Source: the human T2T-CHM13v2.0 reference genome, Homo sapiens. Taken from it: a stretch of 64,000 bases of DNA. The stretch is from NCBI RefSeq assembly GCF_009914755.1, contig NC_060926.1, one strand, 5' to 3'. Below the pieces are notes generated by a model. It had not been told where the DNA came from and searched no databases. It saw only the letters and a program-made list of their open reading frames with translations. Both the position numbers and the translations under genes were made by a program. This document shows positions 11,915-27,540 of this stretch, piece by piece (the first letter of the stretch is position 1; each line of letters opens with the position of its first letter).

Positions 11915-13915
11915 AGGTTTCAGGAGCTATTGTAATGAAGACTGGAACTGGCAGTAGGACAAACACATAGATCAATGAAAGAGAAGAGAGAACCCAGAAA
12001 TAGACCCTCACAACTATGCCTAATAGATTGTTGGCAAAGGTGCACAAGCAATTTAATGGAGGACAGTCTTTTCAACAACTAGTGCCAGAACAATCAGATA
12101 TCCATAGGCAAAAAATAAAAACAAAAAGCCCACAAAAAACAAAAACATCATATTGGCTTAAGCCACACACCTTATACAAACTCAGAATGGATCATGCTTT
12201 TAAATGTAAAGTATAAATCTATAAAACTTTTAGAAAAAAATGTTTGGGATTTAAGGCTAGGGAAAAATTTCTTAAACTGTATACCAAAAGCACAGTCCAA
12301 AGGAGGATAAACTATTGTTCCATGATAGACCCTGTTTTCAGGCTAAAAATACAAGTTACAGTCTAGAAGAAAATATTTGAAATTCCCATGTGTGACAAAG
12401 GATCAACATTCATATATAAAGAATTCTTAAAAATGAACGGTTAAAAACAACAACTATAACAAAAACACAACTATACAATCAGAAAGTGGGCCCAGACATG
12501 AAGAGACATTTCACTGAAGATTTACAGATGGCAATAAGTACATGAAAATATTTTAACATTACTAGCCAATAGGTAAATGCAAATTGAAACTACAATAGAA
12601 TATCACTACGAATCTATCAGAATGGTTAATTTTTTTTAAGTGACCACACCCAATGATGGCAAGCATGCAGAGAAACTGGATCATTCATACATTGCAGTTG
12701 GAATGTATAATGGTACAGCTACTTTGGAAGATATTTTGATAGTTTTTTAAAAAACTAAGCATATATTTGGGTTGGTTCCAAGTCTTTGCTATTGTGAGTT
12801 ATGCCACAATAAACATATGTGTGCATGTGTCTTTATAGCAGCATTATTTGTATTCCTTTGGGTATATACCCAGTAATGGGATGGCTGGGTCAAATGATAT
12901 TTCTAGTTCTGGATCCCTGAGGAATTGCCACACTGTCTTCCACAATGGTTGAACTAGTTTACAGTCCAACAATGATAGACTGGATTAAGAAAATGTTGTG
13001 GGGTGGGGGAGTGGGGAGGGATAGCATTAGGAGATATACCTAATGCAAATGACGAGTTAATGGGTACAGCACACCAACATGGCACATATATACATATGTA
13101 ACAAACCTGCACATTGTGCACATGTACCCTAGAACTTAAAGTATAATAAAAATAAATAAATAAATAAATAAATAAAAACCAAAAAAAAGAAATCTAATTA
13201 TACCACATAAATAAACCAACATTTATTTAAACATTAAAAAAAAAACTAAGCATATACTACCATCCGACCCAGCAATTAAATTTCACTGGACAATTCCTTC
13301 AAGTCATTTATCCCGGATACATAAAAGTATTCACACAAAAACCTGTATGCAAATATTTGCAGCAGCCTTATTTATAATAGCCAAAAACTGAGACAGCCCA
13401 GATGTTCTTCAAAGGATGAATGGCTAGATAAACTGTGGTCCATTCATCCCATGTAATAAATATTCAGCAATACAAAGGAACAAGCTTTCAATGTAGACAG
13501 AAACATGGATAAATCTTCGGAATTATGCCAAGTGAAAAAAAAACAGTCCCAAATATGATTGTTTGTATGATTTCATCTATATAACATTCTCAAAATGGCA
13601 AAATTAAAGAAATGAAGAAGAGATTAGTAGTTTCCAGGAGAAAAGGAGGGAAATGAGAGCAGCTTTTTTTGTTTTATGGGACAACAAGAGGGATCTTTGT
13701 GGAGATAGAAATGCTCTGTATCTTAATTATATAAATGTCAATGTCCTTGTTGTTTTCTTGACCTGGTTGTTTACTTGACCAGGATTTCTTATAGTTTTAT
13801 AAGATAGTATCGGTGGGGAAAACTGGGTGAAGAACACCTGTGATCTCTCAGTATTATTTATTATAATGGCATGTAAAAATAATTATGTCAAAATAAAAGA
13901 TTTTAACTTGAAAAA
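11915..13915 (+). mobile_element. Old L1 (L1MD-like) ORF2 end plus 3' UTR, interrupted by a younger L1PA
   Basis: acacatagatcaatgaaagagaagagagaacccagaaatagaccc…; 3' end ggggaaaactgggtgaag…gatctctcagtattattt…caaaataaaag. Confidence 0.8.
12766..13239 (+). mobile_element. Short L1PA (about PA5) insertion with 5' inversion, internal deletion and 3' extension
   Basis: Antisense L1 at 12766-12967, sense L1 at 12964-13147, (TAAA)n tail; TSD aaaaaactaagcatata at 12749-12765 and 13240-13256. Confidence 0.92.
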
Positions 13916-13951
13916 GCTGTAATTTTTTAAAAAGTCCTAAAATAAGGCAAA

Positions 13952-14240
13952 TTTTTTTTTTTTCCGGTGGGAGGGAGGCCGAGAGTTTCACTCTTGTTGC
14001 CCAGGCTGTAGTACAATGCACGATCTCTGCTCACTGCAACCTCCACCTCCCAGGTTCAAGTGATTCTCTTGCCTCAGCCTCCTGAGTAGCTGGGATTACA
14101 GGCATGCACCACCACGCCCAGCTAGTTTTGTGTTTTTAGTAGAGATAAAGTTTCACCATGTTGGTCAGGCTGGATTTGAACTCCTGACCTCAGGGGATCC
14201 ACCCGCTTCAGCCTTGCAAGTGTGAGCCAACATGCCTGGT
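13952..14240 (-). mobile_element. Alu (AluSp/Sq-like) with a small left-arm deletion
   Basis: gagtttcactcttgttgcccaggctg…ttggtcaggctgg; the aaagtgctgggattacag segment is missing. Confidence 0.92.
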
Positions 14241-14959
14241 GGCAAAAGTTTTTTTTTTTTTTTAATTCAGTTTCAATTTATTTTATTAAGTGTATGGATT
14301 ATGCAAGATCATTGAAATCTTTTACCCCGAACAAGTTACTGGAAAGAGGTAAAAAGATTTAAGTATGCATTTCCACATTTATAGTTTTATGCAAATCTGA
14401 TACAGTTTTTAAAGATTAGTGAATGAAAATAGTTAAAAGTAGTAAAAAATGATCAATTATTAAATAAACTAGTGAAATTAGTTTGAGAACTTTTGTATTC
14501 TTGTCCAAGTCAGTTGATTTCTATCTAGAAGAACAATTTTTACTATTTGTTTTCAGGGAAGCTGGTTAACTGTCTATGAAAAGTAAAACTGTTTTAGGTT
14601 ATGCCAGATCATCCCTGATAGTGTCACAATAACCATTCTCTAAACACAGAAACTGAAACTGCTTTTTCATCTTATTTTTAAATAGTAACTTTGTGTAATT
14701 TAGGTTTATGTTTTTAAAATGTGGAATAAGGAACATAAAACTAGGTTAACTTTGAGTATTTGGACAAAATAGGGCACAAACTTTTAAAAATATAATTAAC
14801 AATATAAACATAATTATGGACCAGTCTTCATATTCTTATGGTCTTTTTTTTCTTATCAAGGAACAATAAAGATACTTTATGACAAAATAACTGGAGGTGA
14901 AAGAATGCTAGCATTTAAATAAATTTTAGAAACTTTATTTCACCATTTTATATCATTTC

Positions 14960-15250
14960 ATTTATTTATTCATTTTATTTATTAATTATGTCCCAGGTGC
15001 AATTGCTGGGCTGTATATTATAGGGTGTATTTGTGGGTATGCTCACATAAATTGAATTACCTCCTTCAAGAAATTTATAACCAGGAAGAGGTGATATGAC
15101 ACAAACATTTATATCCACAGCATACAACATCATGTTATGTATCATATATATGGTAGTTTCAAAGAATAAGGAAAACTTTTACTCAGGGTAATCATGTTAG
15201 AGAAGAATCATATGCTGGGCTTTGAAGAGCAGACAGCTAAAAATGAATAG
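14960..15250 (-). mobile_element. L2 3' fragment
   Basis: tttatttattcatttt…tatgtcccaggtgcaattgctgggc…atgctgggctttgaag. Confidence 0.5.
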
Positions 15251-15255
15251 AAAAA

Positions 15256-15508
15256 CAGGAGTTTGAGACCAGCCTGGCCAACATGGTGAAATGCCATCTC
15301 CACAAAAAATACAAAAAATTTAGTTGGGTGTGGTGGCACACACCTGCAGTCCCAGCTACTTTGGAGGCTGAGGAGGAGAATCACTTGAACCCAGGAGGCA
15401 GAGATTTTAGTGAGCTGAGATTGACTACTGCACTCCAGCCTGAGTGACAGGGCAAGACTCTGTCTCAAAAAAAAAATTAAATAAAGAAATAGATAAATAA
15501 ATAAATAA
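15256..15508 (+). mobile_element. 5'-truncated AluS
   Basis: Starts at caggagtttgagaccagcctggcc; right arm and A-rich tail present. Confidence 0.93.
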
Positions 15509-15514
15509 GGCAAG

Positions 15515-15690
15515 CAGTCATTCTCACTCTTGGCTATGGCATTAGAATCATCTGGAGAGTTTTACAAATTGTTTATGCTGAGGCCCTCTCCTGCAGAAAC
15601 TCTGATTTAATTGGCCTGAGGTATAGCCCCAGCTTTGGAGTTTTACAAACTCCCCAGGAGATAATGTGCAGCTAGGGTTGAAGACCATTG
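15515..15690. mobile_element. MER5-family MITE (hAT-Charlie)
   Basis: cagtcattctca…attagaatcatctggagag…gttgaagaccattg, with degenerate terminal inverted repeats. Confidence 0.75.
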
Positions 15691-15958
15691 AATTTAAGTG
15701 AACTGATCTCTTCCACCCATTGAAGACTTTCCAGATTTCAGAAAAGGGAAACATTAGAAATAAAAATAAAAACAGCTAATTATTTAAACTGCATGTATTT
15801 TGTGCCAAAGTCTTTACTTGTACACGCTTAATCCTTATATCTTTTATTCTTAACACACAACAGTAGTTGGTGTTATTCTTCCTTTATTGGTGAAAATACA
15901 GAGACTAACTTACCTAATATGATTCAAGATTGAAAGTTTTTTTTTTTTTTTCCTGAAA

Positions 15959-16129
15959 CAGTGGGTCTCAATGTACATGCTCAGCATAGCAGCATCAGCA
16001 TAGCCTGGGAAGTTATTAAAAATCCAAATTCTGTTGTCCCATTGAGACAGAAACTCTAGGAGTGGGCCCAGCAATCTGTGGTTTGACAAGCGTAAGTGAT
16101 TCTGATGCATTCAAGACTGAGAACCAGTG
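15959..16129. mobile_element. MER5A
   Basis: cagtgggtctcaa…agcagcatcagcatagcctgggaag…gtgattctgatgca…tgagaaccagtg. Confidence 0.8.
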
Positions 16130-16429
16130 TTTAGGGACCTGATTCCTTAAACTGCAAGAGCGCTACCTAAGAAGAGAGCTACGCAGCCAGAATCTCACCA
16201 TATGCAGGACAAAGATTAATAGAAAATATCATTTAAGAGCAATGATCTACCCTGTTTTTCTTTAGTTTTTCACAATTATTTGTTCCTGGATTTAACGTCC
16301 AACTGTTCATTTCTGACCTTGGATGTTGCTCTAGTAACAAATTTACCCTTCAAGGTTAATGTTTGATCTGTTTTCATTATAGGTGGCATAGTGGGGTGTG
16401 CATGGAAGTTGGAAGAAAATATGTGTTTA

Positions 16430-16825
16430 AATTCAAATTATCCATATTAAAATTTGTATTGAAATATAACATACCTATAGGAGCTTGCATATACTATGAA
16501 GATAGCTTGAACTTCTATAAACCAAACACCTGTATGGTGCCATCACCCAGATAAAGCAGCAAAACATTGCTGTTCTCCATTCTGTTACTACGAGCCACAA
16601 GGGAGAACACTGTCTACATTTGTAAAGATTAATTCTGCCTGTTTTTGCACTTTAGGTAAATTCACACACTATGTACTGTTTTGTGTATCTCTTATTTTAC
16701 TCAATAATTAGTTCATAAAATATATCCGTAGTTTTCAAGTATTGTATAACAGATTGTACATTCCCACTATGATATACCATTCCATTGCACATATCACAAT
16801 TGATCCATTCTACTGTTGATTAGAT
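16430..16825 (-). mobile_element. Old L1ME/MC 3' fragment
   Basis: ttgtattgaaatataacatacc…gattaattctgcctgtttttgcacttta…atccattctactgttgat. Confidence 0.6.
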
Positions 16826-17034
16826 TGTAATACAGATGTACATGAGCAATGCATTATTGTATAGATTATTTGTCTGATCACTCTCTATTTCCCATCCATT
16901 ACTCTGCTTCTTCTTTGACACCTATTTCAAAAAAATATTGTTTAAGAGGGCACAAACATTTTTTGGGTGCTTAGATAGTGCATCTGCCGTGGAAGTGTGT
17001 TTATCAATGTAAACCTCCCAAAGTCCCGCTTCTT

Positions 17035-17170
17035 GGCTGTTTATATCATATTTTACAGAGGAGACAGACTTAGAGATATTAACTAACTTCCTCAAGGGCC
17101 CCAGTTCACAGTTGCAGAGCTGGGAGTGAATTTTTTTTCTTAGCTCCAAAGTCCCTAGCTTTTCGATTAC
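17035..17170 (-). mobile_element. MIR
   Basis: attttacagaggagacagacttagagatattaactaacttcctcaaggg is the MIR core. Confidence 0.7.
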
Positions 17171-18879
17171 TTTGTCATTTTCAGAAAGTTCTTATTTATC
17201 TTTACAGATTAACTGTGTATTTTCCTATTTATTTGAAATCATATCAACTAATTCCTAATTAATTAATTGGAAGGCAAGTGAAACATACTACAATATGTAT
17301 TTAATAAACATATTACAATATCAAACAATATATGATTTTCAATACTCAGTACTTAATATACTTCTCCAGACATAGTGGTTAGACATTTTATTTTTGTATT
17401 TGCATCTTTACAACTGTTTCTCAAAATAGTCAATGAAATAATCATTCTGGAATGCCTTTTAATGCCATAAAATTAAAAACATACTTTTAAAGAAGATGAA
17501 AGCATTCCAAAGTATGGCAAATCATGATATGTTAAAACCTTGATGATCAGAATATTTGTGGTTAATATTTGTCATCTAGTATTTTGATAGTCAACATATC
17601 AGACTAAATTATTTTTTCAGCATTCTGAGTCATGTATATAAATAGTTTTAATTTAACCAATAAATCTATGTAATTTTATATATTATCCATATATATTTGG
17701 AATTATTGGTCCATTGGAATTATTTAACAATTGTATTTTTAAGCCATCCTTAAAAAGTCAAGAGTCCTTTACCGCATTTTTTTAAGGACAAACATGAAGT
17801 AAGGAGAAATCAATTTTTTTAAAATTTTTAAACAAATTTATAGTTTTATAGTTTTCTTGTTTGGATTTAAAATACACCATGTCAAGTAGACTAGTTAACT
17901 ATTTTACACTGTCAACCACTTTCTTAATACATCTTATGTTTGTTATCAGAAACTTTAATTAAATTTACTCTTGTTTCAGCAGAATTAGAGCTGTCCTCTA
18001 TACATAATGGGACATAAATCTGCATAAGAATTAGCTTTTTCCGAATGCAAGAGTAACAGTTGAATGAATCCTTTAAATCGTGTCTACTAGAGGGAACAAA
18101 TCAACCGTAGCTGGGCTACATCTGCTATGTTAGTAGTATCTGTCCTCTAAATTCGATGCTCTGCAAAAGATCAGCATTGTTATTTTCTACAGTTAGATGC
18201 ATTCATTTCAGTTTAGGTCTCTACTATTTTATAGCTCTGGGTACAGAATTATTTTTCTGGTAAGTATCTATTTTAACTAAGAAGTAATCCTGTAAAATGC
18301 ATCCTGCATGCACTACTGCTTTAAGAAGTAACTCTTCTCTAGTGAATTATCTAATTAAAGTCTGGACCTTAATACTTCAGTGCTTTACAATTACAGATAC
18401 ATATTTAAGAATTCTGGGGGAGTACATAATCTGGTTATAGAATTATCTAGGCTGTTAAAATTCATACATTCGGGGTTCACTAATATTTCAAAAAATACAA
18501 ACTCAAAGAAAGCACAGTCTGGGAAAGTTACTGTGTTCAAACATGTGGGACTCTGAGTTCATCCTGAAATCCTCCTGCCTTCTAGTGCCCATAGAATACT
18601 CACCTTTCCTCGTTTGTAGTTGCTGCTGCTGAACTGCCTTCCTATGTAACCTTCTCCTTACTACACAGAGATATTAAGGCATTAAAAATAAGTTAGTATC
18701 AATTTTGGAATATTTCTTTTGGGTTAAGGCAAAAATTGAAAAGTCCCTAGGAGGTGGACAAAAAGGAAGGAAAGAAGTAAACACAAGAAATATTTTTGGA
18801 AGCCAGTATTTACAACATTTTTTGGTGAAAGTTACTAATGTATTTATCAATTTATCACTAATTAAACAACACACTTTTA

Positions 18880-20841
<1,962 letters not shown>

Positions 20842-20849
20842 TTAAATAG

Positions 20850-21400
20850 CATCTTTTTATTTTGAAATAATATAACTGTATTATAGAGAATCTGAAAATA
20901 CACACACAAAAAAAGAAGATAGAAATAATGCCTCTATCCACCTCCGTTTTTTAGAGAAAACCACTGTTAATGTACTGGTTTATCTCATCTAATTCTTATT
21001 TATTGTTATTAGTATGTAATATTTTTTCCACTTATAGACAAAATTATAAAAATAGTATAACACAGTTTACTATCATGAACATTCCACTATGAACATTGTT
21101 CCTTGTCTTAAATATTTCTCAAAAACATTATTTTAATGGCTTTACAATCTTTTCATGTGGTGATATCATAATTTATTCAACTCAATATCTTTAATATTTA
21201 TAGATAGTTGACAGATTAGCACTCTCACTATTACAAAAATCTGTCCTGCAACGAACACTAATAAATATCTGTCTTTGTTTATTCTCAGTTAAATTAATGA
21301 GACTGAAATTATGGGATTATATATTTTTTACATTAATTAGTGTTCTTGATGCATATTGCTAAAATGCCCACTAGAAAGCAAAGTAAATGTATGCTTCCCC
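20850..21400 (-). mobile_element. Old L1ME fragment
   Basis: gatatcataatttattcaac…gcatattgctaaaatgcccactagaaag. Confidence 0.45.
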
Positions 21401-22459
21401 AGTAAAGAGAAATAATTTAAGGTTCCTTTTGGTTTATGATGCTATTTTATAGGACACGAATGCTTTTTCTAAGGTAAATGAACAAACATAAACAACAAAA
21501 TTATTTATGGATAGGAGAATCTGTGATATGTTAGCAATTTCTGATTCCTTCTTACACTGAAAGCTCTGTGATTCATATTCACTCTCTAAGTGCAAATATC
21601 TAAGCTCAAGTCATTGAGAAAGTAAACCTATTTTAAAAAAAATAAACACCTTCAATATCAAATAATTGCCTTCATTACTCTGGTAAAATTACACTAGGAT
21701 TAATAGATGAGTAGAATTAGCAAGCGATGGAGTAAAAGTAAGTTTCTCCTCATAGGAGTTATTTAGTGAGACTTATTTTAAAACTGTTACTACACAAGAC
21801 AGTCCTTAATTGTAAAACATAATGGAGTCATCATTTGTATCTATTCACAGGTAGTTTATTTCTATAGAAATAATATCATGTTCTCATTTTAAACTGCAAG
21901 ATGCAGGTTCCAACCTTCTTCTTTAGCTTTGCATTCATTTACAACATACAGGTAAATTTGAAACATGTTTTTAGAATTGGTACCTATATATACTTGTATT
22001 AAGATTATGGACTCTTCTTTAGTTCAGTGGGTTCCTGCATGTGCCTGTTATTTATTTTTACTATCATGAGATAAGTATCTAAGACAATAAAGCAACCTAT
22101 TTCCTTATGGTGTGTTGACTGGCAAAGAATCCCCTTGCACATGGGGAGGCCACAAAGTAGAAATAGGCTTAGCATGGAGAAAAAGTAAAGTGAGTCCCTA
22201 TATATTTGGCAAATATTAGGTTGAATGTGAGTTAAGCAGTTTTCTCTATTATAAGGCTTTAGAGAGATTTTAATAAGTTAGTGTATTATAATTTATCAAA
22301 TGGAAGAAAACATAGTTATTGCACCCTGACTTTACTTGAGACACATCACTGTTTTTTTTTTTTTTTTTTCTCATGGATCTGTGTATGGTCTGGAACAAAA
22401 AAACATACTTTGGGCAGTAGTATATTAGGAAAATACTATGATACTAAGTAAAAAGATCT

Positions 22460-22965
22460 TATTCTGGTCACCTAATAATGACGCACATCTGCCGAACTTC
22501 ATGTCATAAAGCAGTAATTTATTGTGATCATAGATTCTGCAGATCAGGGTTTCTAGAAGGGCTTGGCTGTACATTTCCCACTCGAAGGCTTAGGTGATTG
22601 ATGCCAGATGTGGGGGCTGCAGTCATCTGAAGGCCTGGCTGAGCTGGGAGCTATACTTTCAAAGTGGCTCATTCACATGGCTGGCAAGTTGATACCAGTT
22701 GTTGACTGAGAACCTCAGTTTTTCCATGTGTAGCTGTCCACAGGGCTACTTCCATGTCGTCATGAGAGGGCTTAAGGCTTCCCCCAGTCTAGGTAATCCA
22801 AGGGAGCCAGGCAGAGTCTGCAACACTGTAGCCTTGAAACCCATAAACCATCACTAGCACTCTAGTGTTTGTCACACAGGCACAGCTGTGATTACAGGTG
22901 GGAAGGAAGCAATGAGGCCATGAAATTCAAGAGATGAGAATGACTGATGGCTCTCTCCCTTGACA
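22460..22965 (-). mobile_element. MaLR LTR (MLT1G/H-like)
   Basis: ggggctgcagtcatctgaaggcctggctgagctggg…aagtggctcattcacatggctggcaagttg. Confidence 0.75.
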
Positions 22966-22989
22966 CAGATCCTGAAACAAAGGAAGTAA

Positions 22990-24330
22990 ATTGCATGAAG
23001 ACTTGGAAAATGCCTCAGGAAATCACGATAGAGTTCTGAATACTAGTTAGGTGTAGTGAGGTTAGATGGCTTTGAAGCTGGCTGAATAGCCATATCCAGA
23101 GAACTGTGATTAATTGATATTACATGTGAGAGCCTCCATGGATCGATCAGAAACCTATATTATTATGTATTATTAATATTTTCATGTCTGTTTCTTGTTC
23201 TATACACTTTAATGAGTTTAAAATAAATAGATAAAAGTATACTTATCATAGTTTTGAATGAGCAAGGTAGAATAGAGGGTTGATTTACAGATAATCTATA
23301 TAATCAAGATTACAGATAACCTAGGGGTGGCAATGCTGACTGGAGTTCAAATGATTAAACTTAACAGTGTTTAGAGTGAATTTAAGCATGCATTTTATAA
23401 AAATCTGGCTCCCAAAATGTAGCGTGAAGGATAGTAATGGACACACTAACTTAAGTAACGTTATTGGCCACAGCTCAGTATAAATTCAGGCTGTCACATT
23501 AACTTTAAAAACACTGATAAATTTTTAGGTTGGTTAATAAAATTAAACTACCTAGAACCGTGTGCCAATACTGCAGTCACCAGCCACATGTGTCTATTGA
23601 GGACTTGAAATGTGAGTAGTCCAAATTGAGGTAAAAATTGTACTTCCCAGATTTTGAAGACTTAATAAAAAACAGAAAAACATAATATTAATTATGTATC
23701 ATATTCATGATATGTTTAAATAATATTTGGGATATACTGGGTTAAATAAAATATATTAGTAATTGATTTAACCAGTTACTCTTTATTTTCTATGAACATA
23801 GCTACTGAAAATAAGCTTACATATGCTGGGTTTGGGTTACATTTCTGTTGCTCAGTGCTGCTCGGTGGATACAGGAGGTGGATATATCAGTGTTCTAAGG
23901 GCTTATTGGAAAACACCTGGGATACTCTAGCCAATTAGAGGCTGTATAGGAGACAGTCATAATTCTCAAAGATTTAGCAATTGTGATGAAGGAATTATGT
24001 AATTGTGGAAAAGGAAAACTCTGGAAAATATGGGAAGAATAATAGATATATTCAGTATTGGAGGGCTATCACAGAGAAAAGAAGTTAGATATATTTCTAA
24101 GCATAAAACTAGGGCCCTTGATATGAAATGGTGCCAGGAAGGCAGATTTTGGCTCCACATAATGAAGCCCTCTCTTAACACTTGTTTTTTCACTAATAGA
24201 AGGCCTAGTGTTGAAGTCAGTGAGCCTTTTTCTCTAGAAATATTCAAAAGATGGGTAGATAATTGTCCATCACAGGCATTGTGCAAGGAAATCTACCATG
24301 GGTGAGTTATGTTGAAATAGTTAAATTTCA
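22990..24330 (+). mobile_element. Ancient CR1/L3 LINE remnant, split by MER33
   Basis: ctggctgaatagccatatccagagaactgtgattaat…; ggaaggcagattttggctc…tctctagaaatattcaaaagatggg resemble CR1/L3. Confidence 0.45.
23556..23860. mobile_element. MER33-like hAT-Charlie element
   Basis: ccaatactgcagtcaccagccacatgtgtctattgaggacttgaaatgtg…atttctgttgctcagtgctg. Confidence 0.75.
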
Positions 24331-26246
24331 CTGTTTTCCATTAATCCAAGAAGGATAACAGTTTTACTTCTGAAATACATCATACCATAAACACAGGAAA
24401 AAAGAGATGTGACTTTCCAACTAATATGTCAAGTTTGAAATGTTGCAGCTTATATGGACCTTGATTTTTCTTGCTACAAATTTCAATCAAAGCAGTAGAC
24501 TTTGTTCCATGTAATCGTATCTTTTTTGAAAAGTATCAAATATGGAATAACTTTTCAGAGAACCGTAACAGTAATAATTCTTAGTAGAAACAGAAAACTT
24601 CAAGTTAAAAAAAAAAACCACAACCAGATATACACACAGAGAAGAAATTCAGAAGTAATATTTGCTAATATTTTCTAATTATACCAAGACAGCAATGTTA
24701 TGATTCCTAGTTGGAGTTTATACTAATTAATTTTCAATTGTTTTCACGCTGCCTATTTTAAAAAGGAAAACAGTTAAAGGTTGTGTGTTAGTAAATTAAC
24801 CAGCTCAAAGAGAGTGTATAGTGTGGGGGTCTCTAAATAGAAAGGACCTTAGTGTTTCTGAGGAAAGAAGAAATGTAGAATATAATTAGCCATGAGGTCA
24901 ACACAGTTTTAAAAGACCTTGGCCAGAAAATGACCAAGGCTTTATGGTCAAAACATTTATACTTTATTTTTCACAGCAAATTTTTGTTAAGATATAAAAT
25001 ATAATCTACTGTACTTGAAATAGACTGAAGTATTGCATTATGATGCTTAATTCTACTTACTTAAACTTCATGATGTTTAATTAAAATTCACACACATTTT
25101 TCTTCCCTTTTCCTCTTGGGATCATTTAAGGCTAAAACTGGAACTTAATCTGTGAGGTAAATCCAACACCAAGTACAGTGTATGTGCACATTATAGTCAT
25201 TTGTTTGTTTCTTTAATAATTGAATAAGTGGGGGAAACAAAGCTTGTCTATATTGGGAGAAAATATGCATTTTCTGCATCTTCCTAATTCCTTTTCAAGA
25301 GACTTGTTTCAAAATAAGAGATACCTTACAGGCTGAGGAAAAGCTAGTGGTATTTGTGTGAATTTTGATCTTCATAAAGAAACATTAAATAATCTAAGTT
25401 ATTCGTGCATAATTTTGCACCTTAAACTAGTTTTGCACCTATAATTTTGCACTTAAACTTGTGAATACTGTCAGACAATGGTTTTCATCATATTTTCTTT
25501 CTGGATAAAAAAATTCTGTCCATAATATTTCAAATACAAAAACATTAGCAATTTTCAATCCAAGGATATCACTTTGTTATTATTACTTTTCTCTTCATAA
25601 AGAATAGAAGAGCACTTTTTTGCAGTTGAATTTCATTTAATATGTATGCCTGTATAGTAACACATTCTGAGGGAGAGCATTTTATTAATAATTTACATTT
25701 TCTTTGTTTGCAGATTGAATGATGCCATGAGAACAATTAATGGCATAGATGTTCATTTACTCTCCCTCATAATTTCTAAGCAAAAGCATTTTTGTATTTA
25801 TTGAAGGGATGCAAAATACAGGCATCTTGTAAAAGATACTGTGAAAGGGGAAATTTTCTAAATAATGAATGTTGTTAATAGTCATGATGTTTATGTAGAA
25901 TATAAATTTAAAACCTATAATTAGGTTATTGTGGATTATACCTGTATTTATTAGTTATTCACTTATAAAATGAATTGTGGTATTTGTTTTCAGAAAAATG
26001 TTCCAAATTATGGGGCAACATCCCATGCCCCAAAAAATATCCTGTTTCCTGTTATTGGAGAGTTAGGTTAATTTAAAATTTCCCACTATTATAAACAATG
26101 TTGCGATGATCATCCTTGCCCTTAAAACTGTGGCTGCATTTCTGATAAATCACTGTATCAAGTGATATTAATTTTTTAGAGGTTATTGAGGCATATTACT
26201 GCATTTCATTCCAAGAAGTTTCAAACAGCACTTCCTCTAGCTTTGT

Positions 26247-26302
26247 GTTTATGTGTGTTGGGGTGTGTGTATCTGTGTGTGTGTGCGAGAGAGAGAGAGA
26301 GA
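26247..26302. repeat. Imperfect (TG)n followed by (AG)n
   Basis: Read directly from the sequence. Confidence 0.8.
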
Positions 26303-26484
26303 TTTTTAAAATTTAACCTTTTATGCGTTATTAGTTTTGTGGATGAGATAATTGCATAGAAAGTTCAGATAATTTGCTAAAGATCTGCTGGATAATAACA
26401 GAGCTGGGATCAGAATCAAAGGCTCATGATATTAGCCATAACGTTAACATGATCTTTTTATGTTAAAATACTAGGTTAATTAAT

Positions 26485-27540
26485 CATAAATTCATTCAAT
26501 AACTATCCATGGAAAGCTTACTATGTAAGCTTTCTCCTGCACTATATGCCATGGATATAGCACAGAACAAAACAAATGATAATCCCTTGCATAATAGTGG
26601 GGAGAGATAAAGATAAAAGAAAATAAATAAGTAAATTACGTAGCATGTTACATGGTGGTAAGTGCTAGGGAGACTTTTATTTTACATTTTATTTCACTTT
26701 TACTTACTTTTAAGTACAGACTCACACAAATTTGCAAATGAGTATAGAGACCTTTGTATTCCTTACCCATCAGCAAAATCCCCCCAGTGGTGACATCTTG
26801 CATACAAATAGTGCATTATCAAAACCAGACAATTGACTAGCATAACATAATTCATACAATTATAGATCTTAAACCTGTTTTTGCATATGCTCATTTTCTG
26901 ACATGCCTTTGTGTGTGATTCTATGACATTTTTTATTATACGTAACTACCGCTACCATCACAACTGAGATACAGAACTGCTCTGTCACCACAACGAAAAT
27001 CTCTTTTGCTTCCCCTTTATACTCACATCTCTGGCTACTTATCTAATTTCTGGCAACCCGTTTTCCATTTCTATAATTTTGTCATGTTAGGAATGATATA
27101 TAAACAGAATCATGAAGTATATAATTTTTTGAAATTGGCTTATTTTATATTGTCCAACATAATGCCCTTAAGTTCCATCCACATTGTTTTGTGTGCCAAG
27201 ATTTTGTTCCTTTCCATTGCTGAGTAGTAGACAGTGACATGTAAAGCAAAAAGGAAGATGCCATTAAAAAGGGTGCAGTTTTCAATGCAGTGGTGAGCAA
27301 AGAGGCATTCCACAGGAAATGACACCTAAGTGTCGACCTAAGGAAGTGAAGAAAGATTCTTGTGCATATTTGTGGGAAGAGTGTCCTAGGTAAAGGGAAT
27401 ATCCTGAGTAAAATTTTGGAGCAGCCAGGAAGCCCTTTTGGCCTGAGCAGTGAGAGAGAGCACAAGCATTAAGAGATGACATTAAAAAAAAAAAGAGAGA
27501 GATGACATTGAGACCCATTTTAAAGCCCTGTAGACTCTAC
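26485..27540 (-). mobile_element. L2 fragment interrupted by an old antisense L1M (about 26680-27230)
   Basis: aattcattcaataacta…gtggtaagtgcta (L2); cccagtggtgacatcttgcata…tttccattgctgagtagt (L1M); gaaatgacacctaag…gagtgtcctagg (L2 resumes). Confidence 0.6.
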
